A DNA stretch of 64,000 nt, from NCBI GenBank assembly GCA_963834385.1, contig CAWIBO010000001.1, positions 32,001 through 96,000 on the forward strand, in the 5' to 3' direction. This DNA comes from an uncultured Verrucomicrobiae bacterium. GTDB taxonomy: Bacteria; Verrucomicrobiota; Verrucomicrobiia; Chthoniobacterales; UBA10450. The translations under genes were made by a program, and so were the position numbers. Within the stretch, counting starts at the first letter, position 1; every line of letters starts with the position of its first letter. Positions 10,645-20,321 of the stretch are shown here, in pieces. Under the pieces are notes generated by a model that saw only the letters and a list, made by a program, of their open reading frames with translations, had not been told where the DNA came from and ran no database searches.

Positions 10645-13600
10645 TGAGGCTTCTCCCCAGCCTGCTTCTTCTGGCCGTGCCGGTCCTGGCGCAGCCGACC
10701 GGCCTTGGCCCGCCGACTTCCGTGCCGGCGGAGGCCTCGCTGACCCGGCCGCAGCCGCGGCCGCCGCGCAACTGGATCGACCAGACCGAGGCGCAGGCGG
10801 AGGCCAAAAGCGTCGGCTGCAACCAATGCCATGCCGGGGTCGAACCGATGCACGCGGCCCGCCACGTGGTCCTCGGTTGCACCGATTGCCACGGCGGCAA
10901 TCCCGCGCCCGGCCTGAGCAAGGAAGAGGCGCATGTTCTTCCCACGCACCGCGAATTCTGGCGGACCTCGGCCAACCCGCCCGGGTCCAATGTCTGGCTG
11001 AACCGCGAGTCCCCCGAGTTTATCCGCTTCATGAATCCGGGCGATCTCCGGGTGGCCGAACAATCTTGCGGTCTTTGCCACGGCGAGATCGTGCGCAACG
11101 TCCATCACTCGATGATGAATCACGGCGCCATGCTCTGGGGCGCCGCGCTCTACAATAACGGCTCCTTCCTGCACAAAAACTACCGCTTCGGCCAGGCCTA
11201 CGGCCCCGACGGCCAGCCGCTCCGCCTGGAGAATTACACGCCGGTGACCCCGGAAGAGACGCAGAAGCACGGCATCCTGCCCTACCTGGAGCCGCTCCCC
11301 CGTTTCAACCTCAGCCAGCCCGGCAACATCCTCCGCATCTTCGAGAAGGGCGGCGAGAAACCGCTCCTCCTTGGCGTGCCCACCGTGGGCGAACCCCCCG
11401 GGCGTCCGTTGCGACGTCTCTCCGAGCGCGGCCTCGGCACGCTCAACCGGACCGATCCCGTCTTTCTCGGGCTGCAAAAAACGCGGCTGCACGATCCGCT
11501 TCTGGGCTTTCTTGGCTCAAGCGATCACGCGGGCGATTTCCGTTCGAGCGGCTGCACCGCCTGCCATGTCGTCTATGCGAACGACCGTTCCCCGAACAAT
11601 TCCGGCTGGTGGAGCAAGTACGGCCACCAGGGCCTGAGCTTCAGCGGCGATCCCACCATTCCCAAGAACGAGCGCGGCCATCCCGTGATGCACCAGTTCA
11701 CCCGCTCGATCCCCTCGAGCCAGTGCATGAACTGCCACATGCACCAGGGCAACCTCTTCGTAAACCCGTATCTCGGCTACACCTGGTGGGACCAGGAGAC
11801 GGATGGCGAGTTCATGTACCCGGCGCAACAGCATGACCCCACCGAGAGCGAACTTGTCCGGGCCGCGCAAAAGAATCCGGAAGCGGCGGCCGCCCGCGGT
11901 CTTTGGGGCGACCGCGAATTCGTCGAGCGGGTGGCGGAGCTAAACCCGCAGCTCAGGCACACCCAGTTTGCCGACTACCACGGCCACGGCTGGGTCTTCC
12001 GCGCCGTCTTCAAGAAAGACCGGAAAGGCCACCTGCTCGACCGGGAAGACAACCCGATCTCACACCAGGACCCGCAGAAATTCCAAAAAGCCGTCCACCT
12101 CAAGGATGTGCATCTCGAGAAAGGGATGCAGTGCGTGGACTGCCACTTCGACCTGGACGTCCATGGCAACGGCCAGCTTTACGGTGAACCGCGCAACGCC
12201 ACCACCATCACCTGCGTCGACTGCCATGGCACGGTGGACCGGCGTCCCAACCTCGTCACCTCCGGGAACGCCGGCGCGGTGGACCTCGCCCGCACCAGCA
12301 ACACGCCCTTCGGCCCGCGCTTCACCTGGGAGGGAACGCGGCTTTACCAGCAATCGTCGATGTCGCCCGAGGTGCGCTGGGAAATTCCGCAGACGCTCGA
12401 CACGATCAATCCCGCCTCCCCGCATTACAACGCGAAGTCCGCCTACGCCAAGACCCTCGAGCGCGACGGCCAAACGTGGGGGGCGCGCCTGGCCGCGGAG
12501 GACGCGGAACGGGAACGCCGCCTGGCGCACGACAACACCCGGATGGACTGCCAGATCTGCCATACCTCCTGGGCCACCAGTTGTTTCGGCTGTCATCTCC
12601 CGATGAAAGCCAACCAGCGCGTGGCCCAGAACAAGTTCGAAGGGTGTGCTCGACCGGAATTTCACCACCTACAATCCCCAGGTGGTGCGGGACGACGTCT
12701 TCATGCTCGGCATCGATGGCACGGTGAAAAAGAACCGGATGGCCGTGATCCGTTCCTCCAGCGCGGTCGTGGTCAGTTCGCAGAACCAGAATCGCGAATG
12801 GGTTTATTCGCAGGCGCAGACCGTCTCCGCCGAAGGTTACAGCGGCCAGGCGTTCAACCCCCACTTCCCGCACACGACCAGTGGCCGCGGCACGACCAAG
12901 AATTGCACCGACTGCCATCTCTCCGCCGCCAACGATAACAACGCCTGGATGACGCAGCTGCTCGGCTTCGGCACCGGCACGGTGAACTTCTTCGGCCGGT
13001 TCGCCTACGTTGCCGAAGGCACGAAAGGCCTGCACGCCGTCGTCTGGACGGAACGCGAGGAACCGCAGGCCGCGCTCGGCAGCCACCTTCATCGCCTGGC
13101 CTACCCGGCCAATCATGCCGCGCACGTGGCCGGGCACGGCGAACTCAAGGAGGCCTACGAACATGGCGGCAAGGATGTGCGCGACCTGGTGCTGCGCGGC
13201 GAATATCTCTACACCGCCAATGGGCCCGGCGGCCTGGAGGTCTTCGACGTCGCCAATATCGACCAGAAAGGATTCTCCGAGCGCATCGTCACCACCCCGG
13301 TCTCGCCCCTCGGCCAGCGCACGCACGTGCCGACGCCTTACGCCACTTCCATTGCCCTCCCGAGCACGCTCGCCCTTGATCCCGGCCGGGAACGTCTGCC
13401 GGAAAACGAGGAGCAACCGATCGACCCGGTTTACGCCTACGTCTTCCTCTCGGATCTGCAGGAGGGACTCGTGGTGGTCAACGTCGCCAGCCTCGTCGAT
13501 GGCAATCCCGAGAACAATTTTCTGCGCAAGGATGTCTCCTTCAACCCCGATGGACTCCTCAGCGGCGCGACCTTTGTCGCCGCCGCCGGGCATCGCCTTT

Positions 13601-14430
13601 ATCTCACCGCCCCGGCGGGTCTCTTCGTCATCGATGTCTCCGACCCGATGCGACCCCGCCTGGTCGCGAGGGCGGGCGAGGGTTTCCTGCGCAACCCGCG
13701 CTGCGTCGCCATCCAGTTCCGCTACGCCTTTGTCACGGACGACGATGGCCTCAAGGTCTTCGAGATCGGAAACCCGGAGCGGCCCCGTCCCCTGCCGACG
13801 GCCACGGTGCCGCTGCGCGCAGCCGGCCGCCTTTATCTCGCCCGCACCTACGCCTACGTCGCCAACGGGCCGGAGGGCCTGGCCCTGGTCGAGATCGAGA
13901 ACCCGGAACGGCCGCGCCTCGACCAGATGTTTAATGCCGGCGGCGCGCTCAACGACACCCGCGCCGTCCAGGTGGGCAGCGTGAACGCTTCGCAGTTCGC
14001 GCTGGTGGCGGACGGGCGAAACGGTCTTCGGGTCTTGCAGTTGATCTCGCCGGACACGGTGCCCGGCGCGCAGGGATTCAGTCCGCGACCGAACCCGCAG
14101 TTGATCGCGACCTTCCACACCCATGGCGAGGCGGTGGCCGTCTCGCGCGGCCTGGATCGCGACCGTGTGGTCGATGAAACCGGCGGCCAGACAGTGGTCT
14201 TCGGCCGGCGGGGCGCGCGCCCGTTCCACCTCTCGGAAATGTATCCGTTCTATCTGCGGCGCTCCGACGGCCGGCCCTACCGCGTGGAGGATGTGCGCGA
14301 GATCGACGGAAACGTGGTCACGACCTCGGGCCGCACCCTCGCGCCTGTTCCACGGCCGTCACCCACGCCCGGGGAAGAGACCGAGCCGGCGATTGAGCCG
14401 ACGCCTTTTCCGCTGCCGGAGAGTGAATGA
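10644..14430 (+). CDS. Large decaheme c-type cytochrome fused to an LVIVD-repeat beta-propeller; frameshift at ~12643
   Basis: Signal peptide; CNQCH, CTDCH, CGLCH, CTACH, CMNCH, CVDCH, CVDCH, CQICH, CFGCH, then CTDCH after removing one G at 12642-12644; repeats [57 protein letters not shown]. Confidence 0.88.
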
Positions 14431-14432
14431 CG

Positions 14433-14462
14433 TTGCCCAGCCCCGCTTAAGTCTGTTACAAC
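14433..14462 (+). promoter_or_regulatory. Putative sigma70-type promoter of a leaderless ferredoxin mRNA
   Basis: TTGCCC-N18-TACAAC with TG extension, 7 nt before ATG 14470; no SD. Confidence 0.4.
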
Positions 14463-14469
14463 CAACGAC

Positions 14470-14700
14470 ATGGCAGATCCCGCTAGCAAACAACCCGAGA
14501 ATGTTCCCGGCCCCTGGTATGTCGATACCACCTGCACCCCCTGCCGCGTTTGCCTGGAAGAAGCGCCTGATCTCCTGAAGTACAACGCCGACGAAAGCGC
14601 GGTCTTTTTTCACAAGCAGCCGGAATCGCCGGAGGAAAAGGACGCCGCCCAGCGCGCGATGGACGTTTGTCCGACGCTTGCCATCGGGAACGACGGCTAG
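14470..14700 (+). CDS. Small single-cluster ferredoxin
   Basis: CTPCRVC … CPTLAI, 76 aa, acidic. Confidence 0.9.
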   Translation: MADPASKQPENVPGPWYVDTTCTPCRVCLEEAPDLLKYNADESAVFFHKQPESPEEKDAAQRAMDVCPTLAIGNDG

Positions 14701-14703
14701 GCT

Positions 14704-16131
14704 TCAGCGTTTCCCCAGCATCATTTCGCGGAGATTGCCCGCGCTTTGCGCCCCTGCCGCGACCGCGACCGGCGCCGCGTGGAAGGAGTGGCAGGTGATG
14801 CAGTTGCTCGCCACTTTCCCCTGCGGGCTGTGACAGCTCACGCAATCCGCTTTCACCGGAAGCAGGACGTCGGAGGTCGCGCGGCTGCCCGCGGTATGAT
14901 GGCAATCGTCGCAGCGCACGCTGGCGTGGCTGGCATGATCAAAAAGAGCGTGCGGCATCCAGCGATCGATCTGCTGCGGCTTTGCCACCGACGGCGCCAG
15001 GCCGGCGGACGGCCTGACCTCATGGCAATAGGCGCACCCATGGAACATCGCCCGGACGCCCGGCGCGGCCCCTTCCTCCGCCTTGTAGGGATCGGTCGCA
15101 AAGAAGACCTGGCGTTCCAGGGCTTCGCCTGAACGAACGCGCGCCTGCAAATTTTTTATCGCACGGGTGGCGAAGGCGCTGATCTGGCCCGGTTCGGTCA
15201 TTCCCCGTTTTCGCGCCAGATCGGCATACTGGGAGGGGAGCGACCGCAGAAAACCGCGGACCAGCCCGGGATCGCCGTGGGGAAGAGTGAGCTCGGGCGC
15301 GGCCGGATCGAATTGCAGGGCATGGCAGGCCTGGCAGTTCCGCTCGAAGGTGATCCGTTCGAACTGCCGGCCTCCCGGCTCGGGCGTGTGACACGCCTGG
15401 CAGTCCATTTTTTTTCCATGCAGCGGCGGGATGTCCGCCTCGAAATGGCGCTGATGATTAAAGCGGAGGGTATTGGGATCCTTGAACGCCTCCTGCTTCA
15501 CGCGGAACTCGGGGTGCGCGCCGGCGAATGATGCGAACGTGCTGGTGAAGCCGGCGGCCGGCCGAGCCAGCGCCGGGATGGTTTCGTGCGGCCGGACATG
15601 CCGGAGCTTGAAAGCCGAGGCGGGCATTTGCGCGCCTTTGGCCGCGGCCGCCTGCATCAGGCCAGGATTATTGTGGCAGGCCAGGCAATCACTGTCGCGC
15701 GCCACCACGAGAGCTGTTCCGCGGTGCTCCTGGTGGCAGGCGGAGCAGGAGGTATCGCTCACCACGTTGGGCGCATGAAAATCGCGGCCTTCATGGCAAC
15801 TCGCACAGGCCGCATCGAGCCGGGCGAAGGCGGTTTGCTGCCGCAGCGCCACCCCAAGGTTCTCCACCGTGGCCGGGAGAGCCGCGCCGGCGCCATGGCA
15901 GGCGGCACAATTATTCTCCAGGGCGGTGTGACCGGGTGAGAGCGGACCAATGCTATAAAAATCGCCCGGCGCACTGCGGCTGAAGTAAACCGCGGCGGCG
16001 ATACCGCCCAGGATCGCCAGCGCGGTCACGATCATCCGGGCTTTGCGCCACGGATGCATCACTTTGTAATAGGCGAGGTTGCCTTTGTATCGCTCCGCGA
16101 TCTGCTTCTGTGTTCGCTGGGGGCGCGCCAT
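14704..16131 (-). CDS. Membrane-anchored decaheme cytochrome c (c3/c7-like motifs)
   Basis: N-terminal TM helix; CAACH, CASCH, CSACH, CLACH, CQACH, CQACH, CAYCH, CDDCH, CVSCH, CITCH; FNHQRH and FDHASH distal-His motifs. Confidence 0.92.
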   Translation of the reverse strand: MARPQRTQKQIAERYKGNLAYYKVMHPWRKARMIVTALAILGGIAAAVYFSRSAPGDFYSIGPLSPGHTALENNCAACHGAGAALPATVENLGVALRQQTAFARLDAACASCHEGRDFHAPNVVSDTSCSACHQEHRGTALVVARDSDCLACHNNPGLMQAAAAKGAQMPASAFKLRHVRPHETIPALARPAAGFTSTFASFAGAHPEFRVKQEAFKDPNTLRFNHQRHFEADIPPLHGKKMDCQACHTPEPGGRQFERITFERNCQACHALQFDPAAPELTLPHGDPGLVRGFLRSLPSQYADLARKRGMTEPGQISAFATRAIKNLQARVRSGEALERQVFFATDPYKAEEGAAPGVRAMFHGCAYCHEVRPSAGLAPSVAKPQQIDRWMPHALFDHASHASVRCDDCHHTAGSRATSDVLLPVKADCVSCHSPQGKVASNCITCHSFHAAPVAVAAGAQSAGNLREMMLGKR

Positions 16132-16134
16132 GGC

Positions 16135-17377
16135 TCAATAGCGGAACAACGCCACGACGGCGTGCCAGATGGTGAGGATCACGAGAAGAATCGAAAACGG
16201 AACGTGCAGGAAAAGCCAGCCGTGCAGCCAGTGATGCAGCCGGGCCTGCAAATCGAGCATGCGCCGTTCATCACACCAGGCCTGCATTTCCTCCACCCGG
16301 ACGCGATGCGCCGCGGTGACCCGCAGCTTGAAGACCCGGAAAAGGTCGTCGGAAAATCGGTCGGTCCCGAGCCGGCGACGATCACCGCGACGGGCCTCCA
16401 GGTACGGGATGACGTGGTCCTCGAGCAGATCAAGCAACGCTGTCTCTGATTCTTCCTCCGTCTCCCGGGCCGAGTCCGGCGGAGAATCCTCCGCAGCCGC
16501 CGCCACGACCGCTGGCGCCGGCGCCGGCTTGTCCCCGGGCGGCACCGGATTCCCCTCCGGCACGCGTGCGGTGGGTGTGCCCGGCGTTTCCACGCCGCGC
16601 CCGGCCAGCTCACCTTCGCCCGCGGTGTTCTTCTTCTCTTCCGCCGGGCCCGGCGAGGCCGTCCCGGTGACCGTTTCGCCGGTAACCGTCGAGCCGGACG
16701 CTGATTTGGCGCGGGCTGTCGGCGTGACCACCGCCGCGCTTCCCGCCATCGGCGTCGTCCCGGCTGTGGCCGCGCGCGCCGGCGTCGCGGCGGGCGCCCC
16801 TTTGTCCGCCTCGGCGGATTGTTCCGCCGTCAGCGCTTTGCGCATTTTCTCGGCCGCCGCCAGCAACTGGCCCCGGATGTGCGGGATTTGCTCGTAGACC
16901 GTTTCGCCCGGCAGCCGATCTTTCATCAGGCGCGGCAGCCAATGCTGCAGGGCCAGCCCAAAAAATCCGCTCGCCATGACAATGAGGTAGAGCCAGAGCA
17001 GCAGGCTGGTCATGGGACCGCCAAAGCGCAGGCCGCCATGCAGCGCCACCAGCGGAATGGTCAGGATCGTGAGCCAGATGTGGGCGCGCAGCCAGACCTG
17101 CACCCGCCCGATTTTCCAAAGCGGAACCTTCTTTCGCAGCCCCGAGGAGGAGGGCAAAGAGAAAAATCGCCAGGGCCGTGCTGCCGAAGATCAGTCCGAG
17201 CGGTGTTCCTCCCGGCAGACCCCGCGGCGGCGGCTGCGGCCCGAGCCAGCCCGGAAGACGCATCGGCACCGGCGTCCGGTCCGGATGAAAATTGGCCAGG
17301 TAAAGAACCAGCGCCCCCAGCGAGGCCAGGCAGACGAAAATGGCCCAGGGGAGATGCGCACGATTAAAAATGCGCAT
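16135..17377 (-). CDS. Polytopic membrane protein, ferric-reductase-like di-heme cytochrome b; frameshift at ~17141
   Basis: Two TM His pairs with H-X13-H spacing (AHIWLTILTIPLVALH; LHVPFSILLVILTIWH); N-terminus in ORF 16610-17377 joins after removing one base in the 17140-17143 run. Confidence 0.75.
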
Positions 17378-17382
17378 GTTGG

Positions 17383-19056
17383 CTAGTGCGTATGGCGCCG
17401 CTCCCGCGCAGAACGGCCGCTTTTCGGCCGCAGGATCTCCGTTTCCGCGTCAAAGATGTCGCTGAAAAACCGGCGGGGATCGACCCGCTTGGCCGCGTCG
17501 TGCGGACAGGCATAAACGCAACTGGGGGTGGAAAGCTCGGTGCAAAGATCACAGGTGTTCGCCTTGTAGGCGGTCGTCTTCTTCTGCTCGATCTTCACCC
17601 GCGGCGCTTCCCCCTCCCTTTTCGCCTTGATCTCCGTGCGCACTTCCTTGAGCAGCTCGAAGGGATGCATGTTGATGTTGCCGTAGGGACAAAGCTCGGC
17701 GCATTTGCCGCAGCCGATGCACCAGTCCTCGATGATGATCTCGAGGTTTTCCTTGCGCCGGATCGAGCCCACCGGGCATTGCGTCATGCAAAGCGGGTCG
17801 CGGCAGGAACGGCAGGCGGTCGCGACGAGGTAATGATCGTAACGCAGGCCGTCGCGCAGGAGGCGGGAAACACCGTCGTGCGCCTGCGCGCAGGCCTGGA
17901 CACAGGCGTCGCACCGGGTGCAATTGTCGAGATCGATCAGGAGAAGGTTCTGCGCTTCAAAGAGTCCCTGGTCCAGAAACTCGTTCAGTTGCAGACCGGC
18001 CGGAGGGGCCTTCGTCTCGGAAGCTTGCAGACGGGCCGCCGCCATCTCTTCCACCTGCGCCTGCACCGCCGGGAACTCGCGCACCATGTCGTGGAAATCG
18101 GTCGCCGGGATTTTCACCAAATCCACGGCGTCGAGCGCGGTGCAGGTGGCGGTTCGCCGGATCGCGTGCAGCAGGGCGATCTCCCCGAAATAATCTCCCC
18201 GGCTCAGGTAGGTGCGCACGATCTCCCCGCCCGGCATCGATTCGGAGACGCGCACCACGCCGGAGCGGACCAGGAAAAAGGCGTCCGCCTCGTCGCCCTC
18301 CCGGCAGATCACCTGCCCCTGGTTGAACGAGACCAGCTCCACCTGGTCTTTCAGGCGGGCAACGAACTCATCCGTCAGCGGTGCCAGGAGCGGCACCCGG
18401 CGGAGATGATTGCTCAGGGAACGTTCGCGATAATTCTTCTCCATCTCGGTCTTGAACGATGTCCCCTTGAAGGTCGGCACCTTCACCTTCGACGCGGCCT
18501 TGGAGGCGTCCGAGACCTGTCGCGTCCCCACCAGCATGTCGAGCACCACCCGCAGCATTTCCACAATCACCGAAGGCTCGCTCGTCTCCACCGTGGCCGA
18601 GCGCGGCTGAAAGGTCCGGCAGGTCATCTCGCCGAAAAGCTCGCCCGCGCCCATCTCAGCCAGGGGTCGGTGCGTCGGCAGATCGACATTGGCATCGATC
18701 CCGATGAACTGCCTTCGGCTGGTGTCCGGCCGCGCGTCATCGGCGTCGTCGACCAGGAAACTCTTCATCCGCTTGAAACTCCGCCCGATGAAACCGGCCG
18801 CCGGCCGGGTCCGGAGATGGGCCATGGGATTGCGAATGAAAATGTTGACCTTGCCGGAGACGATATAGAACGCGGTCGAGCCGAATTCCCCCTCCTCACA
18901 GACCACTTCGCCGGGCGCGAGCTTGTGCACCACGGCGGAACCCCTGGCCCAGTTCTCCAGCTGGGCACGCGGCATCTCCTGCAGCGCGGGAAAATACCCG
19001 AGCAGCTGGTCAACCGTCAGCGGTGTGCCGCCGGAAAGTTTGGCTTCGCCCTCCAT
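17383..19056 (-). CDS. Two cyclic-nucleotide-binding domains fused to a 4x[4Fe-4S] (DmsB/NrfC-type) domain
   Basis: GELFGEM…PRSATV and GDYFGEIA…RRTATC cassettes; CTRCDACVQAC, CRSCRDPLCMTQCP, CIGCGKCAELCP, CDLCTELSTPSCVYACP. Confidence 0.9.
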   Translation of the reverse strand: MEGEAKLSGGTPLTVDQLLGYFPALQEMPRAQLENWARGSAVVHKLAPGEVVCEEGEFGSTAFYIVSGKVNIFIRNPMAHLRTRPAAGFIGRSFKRMKSFLVDDADDARPDTSRRQFIGIDANVDLPTHRPLAEMGAGELFGEMTCRTFQPRSATVETSEPSVIVEMLRVVLDMLVGTRQVSDASKAASKVKVPTFKGTSFKTEMEKNYRERSLSNHLRRVPLLAPLTDEFVARLKDQVELVSFNQGQVICREGDEADAFFLVRSGVVRVSESMPGGEIVRTYLSRGDYFGEIALLHAIRRTATCTALDAVDLVKIPATDFHDMVREFPAVQAQVEEMAAARLQASETKAPPAGLQLNEFLDQGLFEAQNLLLIDLDNCTRCDACVQACAQAHDGVSRLLRDGLRYDHYLVATACRSCRDPLCMTQCPVGSIRRKENLEIIIEDWCIGCGKCAELCPYGNINMHPFELLKEVRTEIKAKREGEAPRVKIEQKKTTAYKANTCDLCTELSTPSCVYACPHDAAKRVDPRRFFSDIFDAETEILRPKSGRSARERRHTH

Positions 19057-19188
19057 GACTGGTCGTGCGGGGCACGAACGTGAATGCCCGGATTGTATCG
19101 GTGCCGCAAAAAGGCGGGAAGAATTTAATCCTCGGGGCCCACGCGATTTAGGTTGGCTTCGCCGGGCGCCCTGCCGGTAACATCGGGC

Positions 19189-20313
19189 GTGCCGCTCCGC
19201 CTCTTCCTTCGGCTGCTGGGCTGCGCGGCACTGCTCGCGGCACCGCTCGCCGCAGCCCGCAATGCGGAACCGATCGCGGAGGAGTTTGTCGGTGTCGCCG
19301 GATGCAGCTCCTCCAGTTGCCACGGCGGCGCCGGCCCGCAACGCAACCAGGTCATCACCTGGAAACGCGACGATTTTCATGCCCGCGCTTTTGCCATCCT
19401 GACGAACGCCCGCAGCGCCCGCATGGCGGAAGCGCTCGGCGGACCGGCCGCGCCGGAAAACGCGCGTTGTACCGTCTGCCATTCACCGTTTCAGGCGGTG
19501 GCGGCCGCCCGTCTCCAGCCGTCCGCCCGGCCGGATGAAGGCGTCTCGTGCGAGAGTTGTCACGGCGCGGCCGAAGGCTGGTTGCGCGGTCATACGCGGC
19601 CTGACTGGAACCGCGCCATCGCGCTCGGCGCCGGCCTGCGCGACCTGGCCGATCTTTATGGCCGCGCCAATGCCTGCGTCGCCTGCCACCAAAACATTGA
19701 CGCCGATCTCGTCGCCGCCGGGCATCCGCACCTTCTCTTTGAACTCGATCGCCAGGGCGCCGCACAGCCGCCGCACTGGACCGATCCGCCGGAGAACCGC
19801 GGGGCGCGCGCCTGGCTGGTGGGACAGAGCGTGGCCCTGCGCGAACTGAGCTGGAAGCTGGCCCTTGCCCCGCAGCCGGATCCGCAGGTTCACGCGCAAT
19901 GGGACGGTCTTCGCTGGCTTTTCGGGCTGATCCACGCGGCCGCGCCGGCGCTTGGCCCTTTCGACGCCAATAGCCCCTACGCAAGCATGCAGACCCAGGC
20001 CGATGCCATGGCCCGGCGAATCGCGGCGGGCGCGCTCCCGCCGCAGACGGTGCCGCTTCTTCGGCAAACGCTCGCAGCCGCCGCGCTCGAGCAGAATGCC
20101 AACGAGCCAGGAGGCCCGGCCCTGTTTGAGCGGGCCCAGCGCCTCCTCTTCGCCCTCGACCGGCTGACCCTCGCGGCCGAGGGAGCGCGTACCCCCGATC
20201 TGGAAAAGGCTCTCTCTGCCCTGCGTGACACCCTCGTTTCCCGCGACCGCTTTGATCCCCGGCAGTTCAACGAAGCTTTACGTTCGTTCCGCGCTGCGCT
20301 TCCATCGTCCTGA
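19189..20313 (+). CDS. Exported multiheme cytochrome c (c554-like domain)
   Basis: Signal peptide; CSSSSCH (CX4CH), CTVCH, GVSCESCHG, CVACH; start codon (GTG 19189) uncertain. Confidence 0.85.
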   Translation: MPLRLFLRLLGCAALLAAPLAAARNAEPIAEEFVGVAGCSSSSCHGGAGPQRNQVITWKRDDFHARAFAILTNARSARMAEALGGPAAPENARCTVCHSPFQAVAAARLQPSARPDEGVSCESCHGAAEGWLRGHTRPDWNRAIALGAGLRDLADLYGRANACVACHQNIDADLVAAGHPHLLFELDRQGAAQPPHWTDPPENRGARAWLVGQSVALRELSWKLALAPQPDPQVHAQWDGLRWLFGLIHAAAPALGPFDANSPYASMQTQADAMARRIAAGALPPQTVPLLRQTLAAAALEQNANEPGGPALFERAQRLLFALDRLTLAAEGARTPDLEKALSALRDTLVSRDRFDPRQFNEALRSFRAALPSS

Positions 20314-20321
20314 AGAGACCC

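Noticed and set aside
12640..12650. Programmed frameshift producing cytochrome with or without propeller
   Set aside because: No slippery heptamer, and it is the same +1 insertion type as the many other breaks in the window
8644..16131. Calling the cluster mtrCAB/mtoAB because of two decahemes and a barrel
   Set aside because: Heme spacing, protein sizes, the LVIVD fusion and gene order do not resemble MtrA/MtrC as I know them; the count of ten may be coincidental
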